Assembly (NCBI GenBank): GCA_950097015.1
Contig: CATNEN010000028.1
Span: forward strand, 496,001-560,000
Source: Macrostomum hystrix
Taxonomy: Eukaryota; Animalia; Platyhelminthes
Reading direction: 5' to 3'
DNA: 64,000 nucleotides
Positions within the stretch are counted from its first letter, which is position 1. The number at the start of each line of letters is the position of its first letter. The notes under the pieces were generated by a model, which was not told the origin of the DNA, searched no databases, and saw nothing but the letters and a program-made list of their open reading frames with translations. The translations under genes and the position numbers were made by a program. Shown here one piece after another: positions 11,001-22,800 of the stretch.

Positions 11001-13132
11001 TTAAGCGTCATCTTCGTCGCTATCCGGCACAATGGGCGGCGCGGCAGCCGCCGAAGCGACGCCTTTGCGCTGCAGGTAGCGCTGCCTGGCGTCCGACACG
11101 GCGTCGGCATTGTTGCGTCGTCGGAGCTTCACAAGCAGGAGAGGATCTAGCACTGCGTCGCCGGCTTTAGACGACGATGTCGCCGCAGCCGCGTTGTCGG
11201 ACGATGTCGAACTAGACCTTGACCTTGACCTCGACCTACCACGACGTCGTCTCTGAGAATGCCGATCTTGATGACGATTTTTATATCGATCTCGACTGTC
11301 TTCGTTGATGGACTTCGATGAAGCTGACGATGGCTTGGCCAGCGGCTGAGGCTGAGCTGCTGCAGGAGCCGGCTCCTCCGGCTGACGCTTGCGACCGTGG
11401 TCGAGCAGATTGCGATAGAAGCCAGTCAGATCGTGCTGCTTCGCTGCGTCTTGCCTGAAAGATTAATATTGTTTTAAAATAATAGGTTGTGTTTGGTAAT
11501 GCTTGATTCTCATCCTTACTCCAAATGGCTTTGAATTTATCTTTCTGCTAATACGAGCTAAAACAAAAAACATGCAACTAAAACAAAAGCTCCAACACAT
11601 CTGCCAAATCATAATCTTTCCATTTTATAAAACCTGCCTAAACCATTAAGTCCCATTAAAAAATCAACTTGCAAAATGTTGAAAAATTGAATCTCTATTC
11701 TAAGAAATAATTCAAGCTTTCTTTTCTTTAGAAGATGGCAAATCTCCATACAACTTTCCTTCCGTAGAAATGTGAGATTTTAAAAATGTCTATCCACCAA
11801 GTTGCCCCACCCCAAATCTTTCTATCAACCCAGTTGCCCTACCCCAAATCTTTCTATCCACCCAGTTGCCCTACCCCAAATCTTTCTATCCACCCAGTTG
11901 CCCCACCCCAAATCTTTCTATCCACCAAGTTGCCCCACCCCAAATCTTTCTATCCACCAAGTTGCCCCACCCCAAATATTTCTATCAACACAGTTGCCCT
12001 ACCCCAAATCTTTCTATCCACCCAGTTGCCCTACCCCAAATCTTTCTATCCACCAAGTTGCCCTACCCCTAATCTTTCTGTCCACCCAGTTGCCCCACCC
12101 CAAATATTTCTGTCCACCCAGTTGCCCCACCCCAAATATTTCTGTCCACCCAGTTGCCCTACCCCAAATCTTTCTATCCACCCAGTTGCCCTACCCCAAA
12201 TCTTTCTGTCCACCCAGTTGCCCTACCCCTAATCTTTCTGTCCACCCAGTTGCCCCACCCCAAATATTTCTGTCCACCCAGTTGCCCTACCCCAAATCTT
12301 TCTATCCACCCAGTTGCCCTACCCCAAATCTTTCTGTCCACCCAGTTGCCCTACCCCTAATCTTTCTGTCCACCCAGTTGCCCCACCCCAAATATTTCTG
12401 TCCACCCAGTTGCCCCACCCCAAATCTTTTCATCCACCCAGTTGCCCCACCCCAAATATTTCTGTCCACCCAGTTGCCCCACCCCAAATCTATCTGTCCA
12501 CTTAGATTGTTTGTTTCTTTAAAACATCCCAACCGAGAAAGATTCAATTACCTAGCATCCTTGGCCTCCTGCAGTTTGTGCTGCCGTTCAAGCTCGGTGA
12601 ATTCCGCTAGCTTCTTCTTATAAGCCGAAGTGACAAAGGCCTCTTTATCGGCGTAGAGCTCGCCTTCGGCTTCGCGTTCCGCTTGAACCTTTCGCTCCCT
12701 CTGGTATTCACGCTCCATTTGGCGTTCGCCGGCCGACCGCATCAGGCCGCCGATGTACTTCGGTGCCCGATCGCTCACAGTCTTGACGGCGCCAGTGTCG
12801 CGCGGTCGCCGCTCTGTTATCTGATCATAGATTGAGTCGTATTCGAATATACTCGGATCTTCGGCCAGGCATTTGTCGATGTCGACCCGGGTGGAGCTCT
12901 TCAATCGGCTGTGGCCGGCCGCCTCCAGGGCAGCCCGGCGGGGGTCGAATTTCTTGGCGAATTTCGCATCGAATTTGGCCTCAGCCTCCCCATCGGAATC
13001 GCTCTCGTCGAATATCGACGGTCGGGCTAGTTGCTGCGTTTGCTTCTGCTGCTGCTGTTGCAATTTTTTTGCCCTTTCTTCGCCGGGAATAATCAAGCCG
13101 TAGGATTTGTTTTTGTCGCCAGTTCGTGACAT
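11001..13132 (-). CDS. NSRP1: Nuclear speckle splicing regulatory protein 1 (NSRP1/CCDC55, DUF2040), 2 exons, ~344 aa
   Basis: Exons 13132-12552 and 11454-11001, phase 2, GT-AG. Motifs KSYGLI, EDPSIFEYDSIYD, PKYIGGLMRSA, DKEAFVTSAYKKKL, KQHDLTGFYRNLL, C-terminal AVSDARQRYLQRK. Confidence 0.92.
11788..12500. repeat. 32-bp minisatellite (TCTATCCACCCAGTTGCCCTACCCCAAATCTT), ~22 copies, NSRP1 intron
   Basis: Direct periodicity; explains the PSCPTPN-type ORFs. Confidence 0.95.
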
Positions 13133-13545
13133 TGCTTAAGACTGCAAATGTTTGACATTTGCCTTTTTTAACTGGTATAAAATATATAAATGTTTTAAGT
13201 CAACGAAGGCATGCACTCACACAGATACTTATATGTACATCTACCCTGACTCTGAGCCATGGTACGCTCTCATTGTGCCTATATCAACTGCACGACAAGC
13301 ACCCAAGCCTTGTCTCCACTGAGACCCTGGGGGTATAACTGGCTAGTCGTATATACTAAAAATGCTATTGCTTATTTAATTGCTTGCTTGCGACTAGGAT
13401 ATAAAGTCACGAGATGAACGAAAACACACTTTTAACCAGGTAAAAATTCGCAAATGAATGCAAAAAATGCTGATAAAATATATTTAAATGTCGAATTTTT
13501 TACAAACTTGCACAAACATAACAATAGAAATAAATGCTTGATTCT

Positions 13546-15676
13546 TCAATCATCAGCCAGTAGATCTCGCACAGACTCCAATCGCATTCCGTACAACGAT
13601 CGAAACGCCATTCCAGGCACCGGACCGTCGGGATCGTCGCCGGCTTCGCTGTCCAGGAAGCGTTCCGGCAGTTCGCGAGCAGCCACTGGCCAAGCGCCGC
13701 CTGTGTCTGCCAGCCTAATTTAAATGCACGAAATAAGACAAAACTGACCACATTACTATTAGTAGGGTAATGAGAAATGCACCATTTCTACAGAAATAGT
13801 TCTTAAACACCCCACCTTAATAGTAGACGCATCAGCGGACCAATTGGCAAGTCTGGCAGGCCAGTGACCAAGCCGCGAGCGCCGCTGCGACAGCGTTCAA
13901 CCAATGGCAGTCTAGCGTGCCGCAGGCCCAGTTGTTCAGCCCTGGCAGCCGACAAACGATTGGTTACATCGCCAGACGAACTGACACCTATGATCAAGGC
14001 TAGAGGCGGCGTTGGCGATTTTCTAGCCGAGCTAGATGAAGAAGGCGAGAGTGAGACAGGTCGGAACAGGCGTTCAGCTGAGGGGGCCTCGACGCGCGAG
14101 AAAGCGGACAGGTATAACAGACGATCGCGGCCGTACCTTAAAATGATTAAGAACAGCAGTGGACAGTGACAGCGAGTAGTCGGGGTCTCGATATACCGCA
14201 AAATACTTTGTCTTCCTATCTTACTGCCAGACCGCCATAAAAATTTTAAGTACAAAGTAACAAAGCACTAACTCCTGGAAGACTCTCTCCTGGCTCGTTG
14301 TACATAATATTCTCGTGTAGACCTTGTGATTAATTGGCTAATTTCCGAAAATAGGCCACCTGTATACATCGGGAAATATCAAATCTAGAGTGGCAGTCTA
14401 TCTAGACTGCATTGAGCAAACGGTTAATGTACACAGGCACACGCAAGCAAACAGGGTGAATATCTACTCGCATCTACCACTTATCTGTCTACCTACAATA
14501 CAATATCTAGTATTGGTCTACTAAATTGGTTTAAATTTTACGAAAAGCCCCCCCAAGCCTTCTCTCCGCGTCTGTGCCCCATATTAATGTCGCTACAACG
14601 CAGATTCGAACTCGCGAACTTCTATGAAAAAAAGTCGAATTCTCACCTACCAATAGCCGATTGCAAGCTATCCACAGTGTCCAATGGCAGTTCTAGGAAG
14701 CTCAAACCGTTAGTTTCGCAACGGAAATAATAATGAAATGCACAGTTTGGTCGAAGACCGCAAACTACCAGATGAAACGGTCTATCAGATGCGTAATTAG
14801 CCTGCAGGCAGAGCAGCACCTGGCGAGCCAGATTGCGCCACTCCAGGTGCCCATTGGCGTAGCCGGAGAAATCTAATATCAGCGGCTGTTTGTCAGCGCT
14901 AGACAAGCCGGACTCCACAGCCAAGCTGGCCAGGCTGCGAGCCAGTTGAGCCGATTGGCCCGGCTGTCTGGCCAGCCAATCGTCCTGCGACTGATGCAGC
15001 TGCATTCTGTGCATATTGTAGTAGGCAATAAGGCGATCGGCCTGTAATCAATAGGATAGGGCATTGCGGTTGCAAGGTGGAAATGGAATTCTACAATTCA
15101 TTAAATAACCAAAGCTCTGGTGGTAGATCTATTCTGTATGGTGAAAATATAAACTACAAAATACGACTTCGAGCCGCGGAGAGAACTCTTAGGGACTTGC
15201 CGTGCATTTCACGCCCTTCACGACGAGAAAGTCAGGGCAGATGAACACCCCGTGTGAGTTTCTGCTCAATTGGTTCCATTTTTCAAACTAACCGGATCTC
15301 GATGCCGCGCCAGATGCAACAGCTCCTCGATCTTCAATGGACCAGGCGGCAGGCAGACAGCAAATGGTGTTGAACTGAGCAGTAATACCTCAGCCTGGAG
15401 GCCGGCAACATCGTTGGGTGATAGGAGTCGATCGAGTAGGGCCTCAGCAGGCACTGAGTCGTCTAGTAGGTTGGTAAGGCCGTCACATGTTGGGAGAGGG
15501 TGCATGCAATCCAGCAGATCCTCTAGGCGGCATTCAACCAGACTGCCAAGTGCCCAGTTGCGCAAGCGATCAACACTGCGCAATGCCGAGTGCTGAGGCC
15601 GCGACTGCGACTGTTTAGCTACAGCAGCAACAGCGCTGCTCAAACTGCTGCAGCAGCGCTGAATGCACCGAAATGA
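13546..15676 (-). CDS. TRMT10-family SPOUT tRNA m1G9/m1A9 methyltransferase (possibly mitochondrial TRMT10C/MRPP1-like), at least 4 exons; no ATG at the start of the first visible exon
   Basis: Exons 15676-15293, 15041-14647, 14136-13816, 13714-13546, GT-AG and phase-compatible. TRM10-type motifs PLILDFS, NLARQVLLCLQANYASDRPFHLVVCGL, LLYLS, ALIIG, AARAEQLGLRHARLPL, LMRLLLRLADTGGAW. Confidence 0.8.
14545..14625 (-). mobile_element. SINE family 1 fragment (TRMT10 intron)
   Basis: Reverse complement reads AGTTCGAATCTGCG...GGGGCACAGACGCGGAGAGAAGGCTTGGGGGGC. Confidence 0.65.
15165..15262 (+). mobile_element. SINE family 1 internal fragment (TRMT10 intron)
   Basis: GCCGCGGAGAGAA...GACGAGAAAGTCAGGGCAGATGAACAC. 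Confidence 0.65.
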
Positions 15677-16831
15677 CTGCAGAGAAGTTAAGTTTATTAT
15701 ACAGTTTATCTGCTGGTTCTCTTAATCCCTGACACCCCTACTATTTCAAGCAATTTTATTTTCTAAAGTTTTCTTTTTTGTGTGAACTGTACAAATTCAT
15801 ACTGCAAAATAAACAGAAAACTATTAAAACCTGTCATACATTCCTATTACATTAGTTTTAAGGTTAACACAAACATGTAACCTTAATTAATAATTAATAA
15901 GGTATCAGTACAAAAATGTTAAATGCTAAATTTTAAAAAATATTTAACAGCTCAATTAGAAGTCTAACATATTTATAAAAAGCACTTGTATTTAATTACT
16001 ACAAGAATGAACAGTTTTCTATATTCTATCAGTTAGTTAGAACAGAACTCTTAAATTATAAAAACATGAGGGCATGTGAGGGAAAAAGAAAAGTATATGA
16101 AAACATAAAGGCATCAGAAAAATAGTCCATATAAAACATACACCCTGCCGACCCGGCTGAACCGGCCGGGTGAAACGAGGGCCAACAAGGTAAGTCGCAA
16201 AAACCAATTGACCAAGCACAAAGAAATCAAAGGGGGGACCAAGGGACAAAAAAGGAAGGCGTGAAGAAAAGAAAAAGGGGAGAGAAAAGGAGAGCAAATG
16301 AGAGCAAACTAAGTCGTAAATAGAGCAATGAAATAAACTAAGTCGAAAATGAGAGCAAACTAAGTTGCATGGCCGGCTAAGATTTGGGAGGTTGCGCATG
16401 TATGATATAAAAGATAAGGAAATAAAGTCCATGGCCATACATAATATATATTAGTAAATATATTTGTAGCAAGAAGCTAAATAATTTTTTTGAAAACTGT
16501 TTACACTTAACTTTTGAGACAATCAAGAGATAAAAAAAATTCCCATATAAGAAAACTGGCAATACAAAAAATTCACATTGTCTTATATACCCAACTAGCT
16601 TTTTTTGCCCGTTGTTTTTGGGGCAGAAATTTAAAGCAAAGCAGTAAGCAATTCACGTCTCTGTATTAACTTTATAGTGAAGGTCACCATTTATTTATTT
16701 ACTGCATTAATGAAAAGTGAAGAGTTTGTTTAAGGGCGTTTTAAGTAAAAAATAAGTGAAAAGTTTGTCCAAACAGCCCCCTCTTGATTACTTCTTTAGA
16801 AACATGTCTCTTAGCCACTCCTCTATACAGT

Positions 16832-17104
16832 CAGTGGCAGATCCAGGAATTTTGTTTTGGGGCGGTCTGTCAGGGGAGCGCCATGAGAATCACAGAGGGG
16901 GTGCCAGCGGCCGAAAAAGGGCGCCAGGAGCCAAGAAAGGGCGCCAGCGGCTGAAAAACGGGAGCCAGCGGCTGAAAAAGGGGCGCCAGCGGCCGAAAAG
17001 GGGCGCCAGTGCTGCGACTGGCGCCCCTGGTGGGGGCATCTTATTCCCATGATTAAAATTTAGGGGGGCAACTGCCCCCCCTTCCCCCCCTAAATCTGCC
17101 TCTG
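16832..17104. mobile_element. hAT-type MITE (273 bp) nested in the Helitron 3' region
   Basis: TIRs CAGTGGCAGATCCAGG / CCTAAATCTGCCTCTG; perfect 8-bp TSD TATACAGT at 16824-16831 and 17105-17112. Confidence 0.9.
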
Positions 17105-17256
17105 TATACAGTATGCATGTGCACGCGTATACATAAGGAAAATAGCCATGGCATAACAATAACAATGTCAAAGAAACAAAATTAAACTGTTTCAGAGTTC
17201 AGAGTTAGACAGGTCAAGGTCAATTCGTGACTACTTTTCTATTAATTGCTTGCGAG

Positions 17257-19830
17257 TCACCTCAAGGCCTGGGGATACACCACATTCTTCGTTCTTCCCC
17301 TTGGTGCGAAAATGAATAGGCCAGCTGGATTTCCAACACGGGAGCAGGCGACATAAAGCTGCCCATGCGAGAAGCAAGGAGTCTCCAGGTTGATGCCAGC
17401 CACCTTCAGCGACTGTCCCTGAGCCTTGTTAATAGTCATCGCAAAGCACACTCTCACAGGGAACTGCAGTCGCTTGAACTGAAATGGCAGGTCCGTGGGG
17501 ATAATTGGAATCCGGGGAACGAACACAGACTCTCCTCTGCCAGATCCAGTCATTATCGTGGCCTCAATCACGTATGGGAAGAGCCGCCTGACTATCAGTC
17601 TGGTGCCGTTACACAGCCTTGGCGCATTCAGGTTGCGGAGGAGCATAATTGGTGCCCCAACTTTCAGCTGCAAGTTGTGCGATGGAGTTCCAGGAGGATC
17701 TAGAGAGTTCAGAAACTCAACAGGATACTCCACAGCGGTGTCATCAGTCAACGTTGTATCAATTGACTTGTAGGTGAAAACTGCACCTGGCAACTCCTGA
17801 AGCAGTTGGTAGTTAATTTCGTTGGCGGCATCATTTCTAGGACACAGAATTGCCCTCTCTGACAGCCAGTCAACGTCAGCATATCGAACCATCAGGTTCG
17901 GGTAAACTTTTGCCTTGAGCTCCTGCACTGACTGCACAATGGTTCCGATTGTAGCGATCGATGACTGCCCATCCTCGGTGCTAATCTCCAGCAGACCATT
18001 GCCGATTCGCAATAGATTGGCAGAGAACTCATGAGCTGTTTCGTCTCCTTGAATTGTAGCTCTCATGTTTGTTCGTACAGGTGCAACTTCACAACCGATG
18101 GCCACAGGTGAGATTATTTTAGGCAAGCATTAATCTCATCAGCAGGAGTGCCACGCGGAATCACAGGCAGCGTCTGTCTAAAGTCTCCAGACAGCAACAG
18201 AGTGACACCACCCATCAGTTGATTGCTGTTGCGCAGGTCTTTCAAAGTTAAGTTGAGTGCTTCAAATGCCAGTTTGTGGGACATGGTACACTCATCCCAG
18301 ACGATGAGCTTGCAAGCCTGAAGCACTCTGGCAGTGCCTGTGTTTTTCTTGATGTTGCACAGCGGATTCTCCGCTCGAGACAGATCAAGCGGCAACTTCA
18401 GTGCTGAGTGGGCAGTGCGACCGCCTGGCAGCAAGGTGGCTGCAATTCCAGAGGAAGCTACAGCAATGGCAACGTCGCCTCGTTGCCTGACCTTTGCCAG
18501 AAGGAGGTTGATTAGAAATGTTTTTCCTGTGCCACCTGGAGCATCAAGAAAAACCATGCCACCAACGTTGTTGTTGACTCTGCGCAATAGCTCGCGGTAC
18601 GCCTCTAGCTGCTCAGGCATGAGTCGGGGCTCATTCTCCTCTATGAACTGTACCAGCTGCTCCTGGTCATAGCCTCTTTCTCGCAGCATCTCCCTGCACA
18701 GGTTGTCCTGTTGTCCTGTCCTGTTTGCTTTTGGGAGTCCAAAACAATCTAGATAGCGATCGGTCAACTCCAGCACCTTGTCCTCAATGCGCAGCAGGGC
18801 CTCGTTAAACACTGCTTCTGTGAATGGCAACTCTGGCTCCTGAGCCACGAATCGCGCCCGGAAGAGAATGTCTTCGGCCATGGGTTCTTTGAATGTTTCC
18901 CAAAGCTGAAGTGGATCAGAGAGACCACAGGTGGCAACCATGATGGCAAAGAGATCTCGCAGGTGACTTGGTGAGCGCACCGTTGCCGCTTCCTCCAATG
19001 TCGCTCTCCATTGAGCATCATCTTCCAGCAGTCCCAGTCGCTTACATGCTTCATAAAAAGTTGGGCAGGTATGGCCTTCCACCGTTCTAATGTGTCTAAA
19101 TGACGTCGGACCAATCACGGTGTGTAGCAATATACGCAGGTAGTAGCATTCACGGTGGTTTGGGTGCACCGTGTACACTCTGGCTAATGCATCAGTCTGT
19201 CGTATTTCAGGATGGCCCGGAACTGCAGCGCCTTGAACCCGCCGCTTCCATCCTTTTGAAGAGGCGTTCCATGTGTAATAGGCAGGCACCTGGTGGTACA
19301 GCAAAGTCCTGGCAAAGGGGTCTTCAGCGCACAACTTGAAGAAAGCAGTAAGAGTAGTGTCCTGTGGCCTTTGAGCACGCTGCTGGATGTTCTCCTCCGT
19401 AAAGTATACTCTCTGACCGTTTTCCAGGTGCACACTGAGGTGCATGACAGTTGGGTGGCGTTCATGAATAGAGAATCCGAAGATTCGCCACATTGCCTCG
19501 TTGGAGCTGATATACCTTCCGCTCTTGAAGCGATTGACTTCGTCAAATTCGTTTACTATGCCTCCAGGTCCCTCAATGTTGAACACTGCTTGGTCGCTAC
19601 CCTTGTTCACGTACTTGCAAATGTACTTGATTGATTTAACAGAGTTGCAGTACTCAACGTTGATGTGTGCATTGAACACCTTGGACAGTAGCGGGCAGTA
19701 GGGAACGACCCATCTGTTGTCCAGATCGATCTCTTCATTCCCATGGCTGCGTAGAATAATGCGAGTGGTAAAGCCGCCATCCTCACGTGATCTCCGTCGA
19801 TACAGCGGATAACCGTCTTGTATTTTAGCA
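17257..19830 (-). pseudogene. Helitron RepHel remnant: end of Rep domain plus PIF1-like helicase, interrupted near 18115
   Basis: DGYPLYRRR, NRWVVPY, SVKSIKYICKYVNKG, DAPGGTGKTF, IVWDECTM, GDFRQTLPVI, LRNLNAPRLCNGTRL, MTINKAQGQSL, HGQLYVACSRV. Stop after NACLK plus a frameshift before RTNMRA; no Rep HUH motif seen. Confidence 0.9.
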
Positions 19831-22800
19831 AAGCACTGTACGCCAGCCTCTCTCTTTCTTCTATCCCAGGCTGGCTGGAGAGAAATATCGACCGGAGAGC
19901 CCTGCGCACTGGGACGCCACCGCACTCACCGCACTCAGTCTCAGTGCTGCTTGGGGGCCAGTAGACAGTAGGGGTTTGGGCTGTGTACATTCACGGCTTG
20001 AAATACAATGTACAGTCTGGGGCTTCGGCGCCCGGGGAAGGGAGGGGGTGGCTGTAATAAAATTTGGCCCGCAGAGTGGCGGAGGGGAGTTGGGGTGGCT
20101 GTCCTCGGAAAACAAAAAGTGACTCACTTTGAGATGATGCAGCTTTGCTCTGGATTGAGTAGAGATGTTCAAAATTGACAGCATTGTTGGAAAACATGTA
20201 AAGTGTAAGTGGATCAAATTTGGAGAAAATCTGACAAAGTGGGGCGACGATATGTCGAATTGAGTGATTTTTTGACGATTTTTGAGCAGTTTTTTGCACT
20301 TTTGAGCAGGAAGGAAATGATTTTTCGGGAATTTGAGTAGCCTATTGCACTCAACATAGGTGGTTTTAGGTATGTGCAAAGTTTGGTGCGATTTGGTTGA
20401 GCGGTTTTGGCGTCTATAAAGACAAAAGGTTGCACACACACACACACAGACAGAGTTTTCACTTTTATATATATCGATTTTACTTTCTTTGATTTTAACT
20501 AAACAAGATTAATTATCATAATTTTTGCTCTTACGAATAATTAAGTTATTTATATATACATAGTAAAATGCTTAATTTTTTTACTTCATTTTTGAGACCA
20601 AAAATTATCCAATAGAAGACTATGATTTCTCTCATATGACAGTACAAAATTATGCAATCAAAATTAACATAAAATATTAAAACTTTATCAGTAGCATATC
20701 TAAGTGGGTTGGGGATATATTTCCTCCCTCGGAACAATAATACATCCCTCGGTATAAAGCATTTGTTAATCTTTTTTACTGCAAATTTCTGAAGCGTGAT
20801 TGAAATATAGTAGGAAAGCCAAGGTATAGGGCCAAAACAAATTTGAAACATTTTATACACCCCCTGAAACAATGTTTCTATAAAATCAGTTTTATATCAT
20901 GATATTTTCAATGTAAATTCTCCTACATAAATTAGGATAGAATATTGTGAACTACTAGCTTTTTCTAGAGACACTAGAAAATTTGGTAGAGAAACTACCA
21001 ATTTTTGGCAAACATTGGGCAGCCAGTTCAAAAGCTAATCTTTACTATGCTTCAGTTTTATCTAATCGCTTCTTTGTAGGCATCAGTCCTTAGAGTATTT
21101 ATCTGTAAGATGCTAGAGCATGCTTCCATTTGACAATTGGACTTATTTGTACTATTATTTGAATTTGGATCACTCAACTTACTGTTGTTTATGCAGTATA
21201 CAGAATACATCCCAAATAGTTGAACTTTCGGAAGCATTTGCAGGCTTTGACATGCTTACTAATTTAAACTTAAATCAAGAACTTAAAGAATAAAAATGTT
21301 GTTCACAACATAATATATAAAGTCACAATCTGGCAATTATTGTCAAGGTCAAGGACAAGGGCAATCTCCTAGTTTGTGGTATTTAATTTTACGTTTTGTA
21401 AAAAAGGATACTTATAGATACAAAAAAAATTGGTACGTGTTGGGTCAGATTATGTTTATAATCTTTTGTCACTATTCACTGGTCAGTAGGGCCTAACAAA
21501 TAATGCTGCAACCAATCCACAAAGTAGCTAAAATATTTCTCTGTTAGGAGTCAGAACCATAAATATTTGTTTAGATGGCCTCAAATGTCAAACAGAGCAC
21601 CAGAAGTGCAGTACATGGCCTTGAATTTGTCCTTGACATGGGCCAAATACTGCTTTGGCTTTGGTGGTTTTTAGGTCTTTAACGATCCATTGAATTCTAT
21701 AAAAAGACTCTTAATCTCAACCTGTCCCATTGTTCTGATGTATTGCTCCTATGTATATCCCAAAAGCCTATTTTATCAACATTTAAGCAAACTTTGTCTA
21801 CAGGATCTAGTTCGAATTCGAGGTTGAGATTAAGTGTTTTTACTTCGGCTAGTTTTGCAGACGGCACTTCGATTACTAATGTCGATTGTATTTCCTTGAA
21901 AACACTAAATTTTAAATAGTAAATCAAACTCACTCTACCGGGTCCCGTTATTTTAAGGTTTTTACTTTAGCACGAGACGAATGAAAGCATCAATGTTCTA
22001 TTTTGACGACTAACTTTGTATTTAAAATGACGAGCTGATTTATTCTCTTAATCCAATTCTGACAACACAGCGTCGCGATTAAGACGGAATTCTAGTTTTT
22101 CATGACGGCCTGCTTCTTCCTGCTTTGTAATGAAGTATTTAGATCGTACATAGGTTTCCAAACATGGGCCCCGTAATGCAAAAAACATTGTATTTTCTTT
22201 TGATGCTGCGCGCTGATGTACTCGTACATATTATTAATTTCGGCTCTTATGATAAGTTTTACAACAAATCCCAGTGCAGAGTTCACTTAAGGCCAAAATC
22301 TCTAAATGAATTGGTCTCGCTGCATGTTTAAGCCCGATGACATTCCTGGGACTTTCTGTGACATTTTTAATAGGCACGCAATCCTATACATTTATTGAGT
22401 TACGATCCGTGGTGGCGGCCGCTTCACTTTATTATTATGTTAAATTCATGAGATGCGAATGCAAGTAACAACCTGGGCTTGTCTAGAGCCAATGGTTCAT
22501 TTTAATACGAAGGGAATTATAATCAAGCGAATATATATGCTCAGATGTGACGGCAACTGTTATAATATCCAGACACGCAGACGCACACACACACAAACAC
22601 CAGCCAGCAGTTGTAGGAGGCCCACTTATGTTGTACTCAACTTGAAAAATTTTAAAATGCTCAGCATCATGGCTAAGTGTTTCGTCTAATTCTAATTTAA
22701 ATCTTGTAACTTCTTTTAAGCTAGCTATTCTGCATGCCTTTTGAATAGAGAACATTATATTTTATTTCTCTCTCTCTCTCTCGATCGTCTCTTTGTGACA

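Larger units (their letters stand above)
16595..20477 (-). mobile_element. Helitron, internally deleted and decayed, both termini present
   Basis: 5' A|TCGATATATATAAAAG followed by a (GT)n tract at 20477; 3' hairpin GCCC...GGGC, 8 nt, then CTAG|T at 16595; contains a RepHel remnant. Confidence 0.85.

Noticed and set aside
21586-21960. AT-rich minus-strand ORF flanked by apparent 29-nt and 25-nt GT-AG mini-introns
   Set aside because: The upstream segment has in-frame stops under both standard and TAR=Gln codes, there is no recognisable homology, and the composition is unlike real exons here; likely chance
22092-22286. Peptide FLHYGAHVWKP...LQSRKKQAV resembling the post-RT region of LINE ORF2
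   Set aside because: Too short and degenerate to support without a profile search; no TSD or tail found
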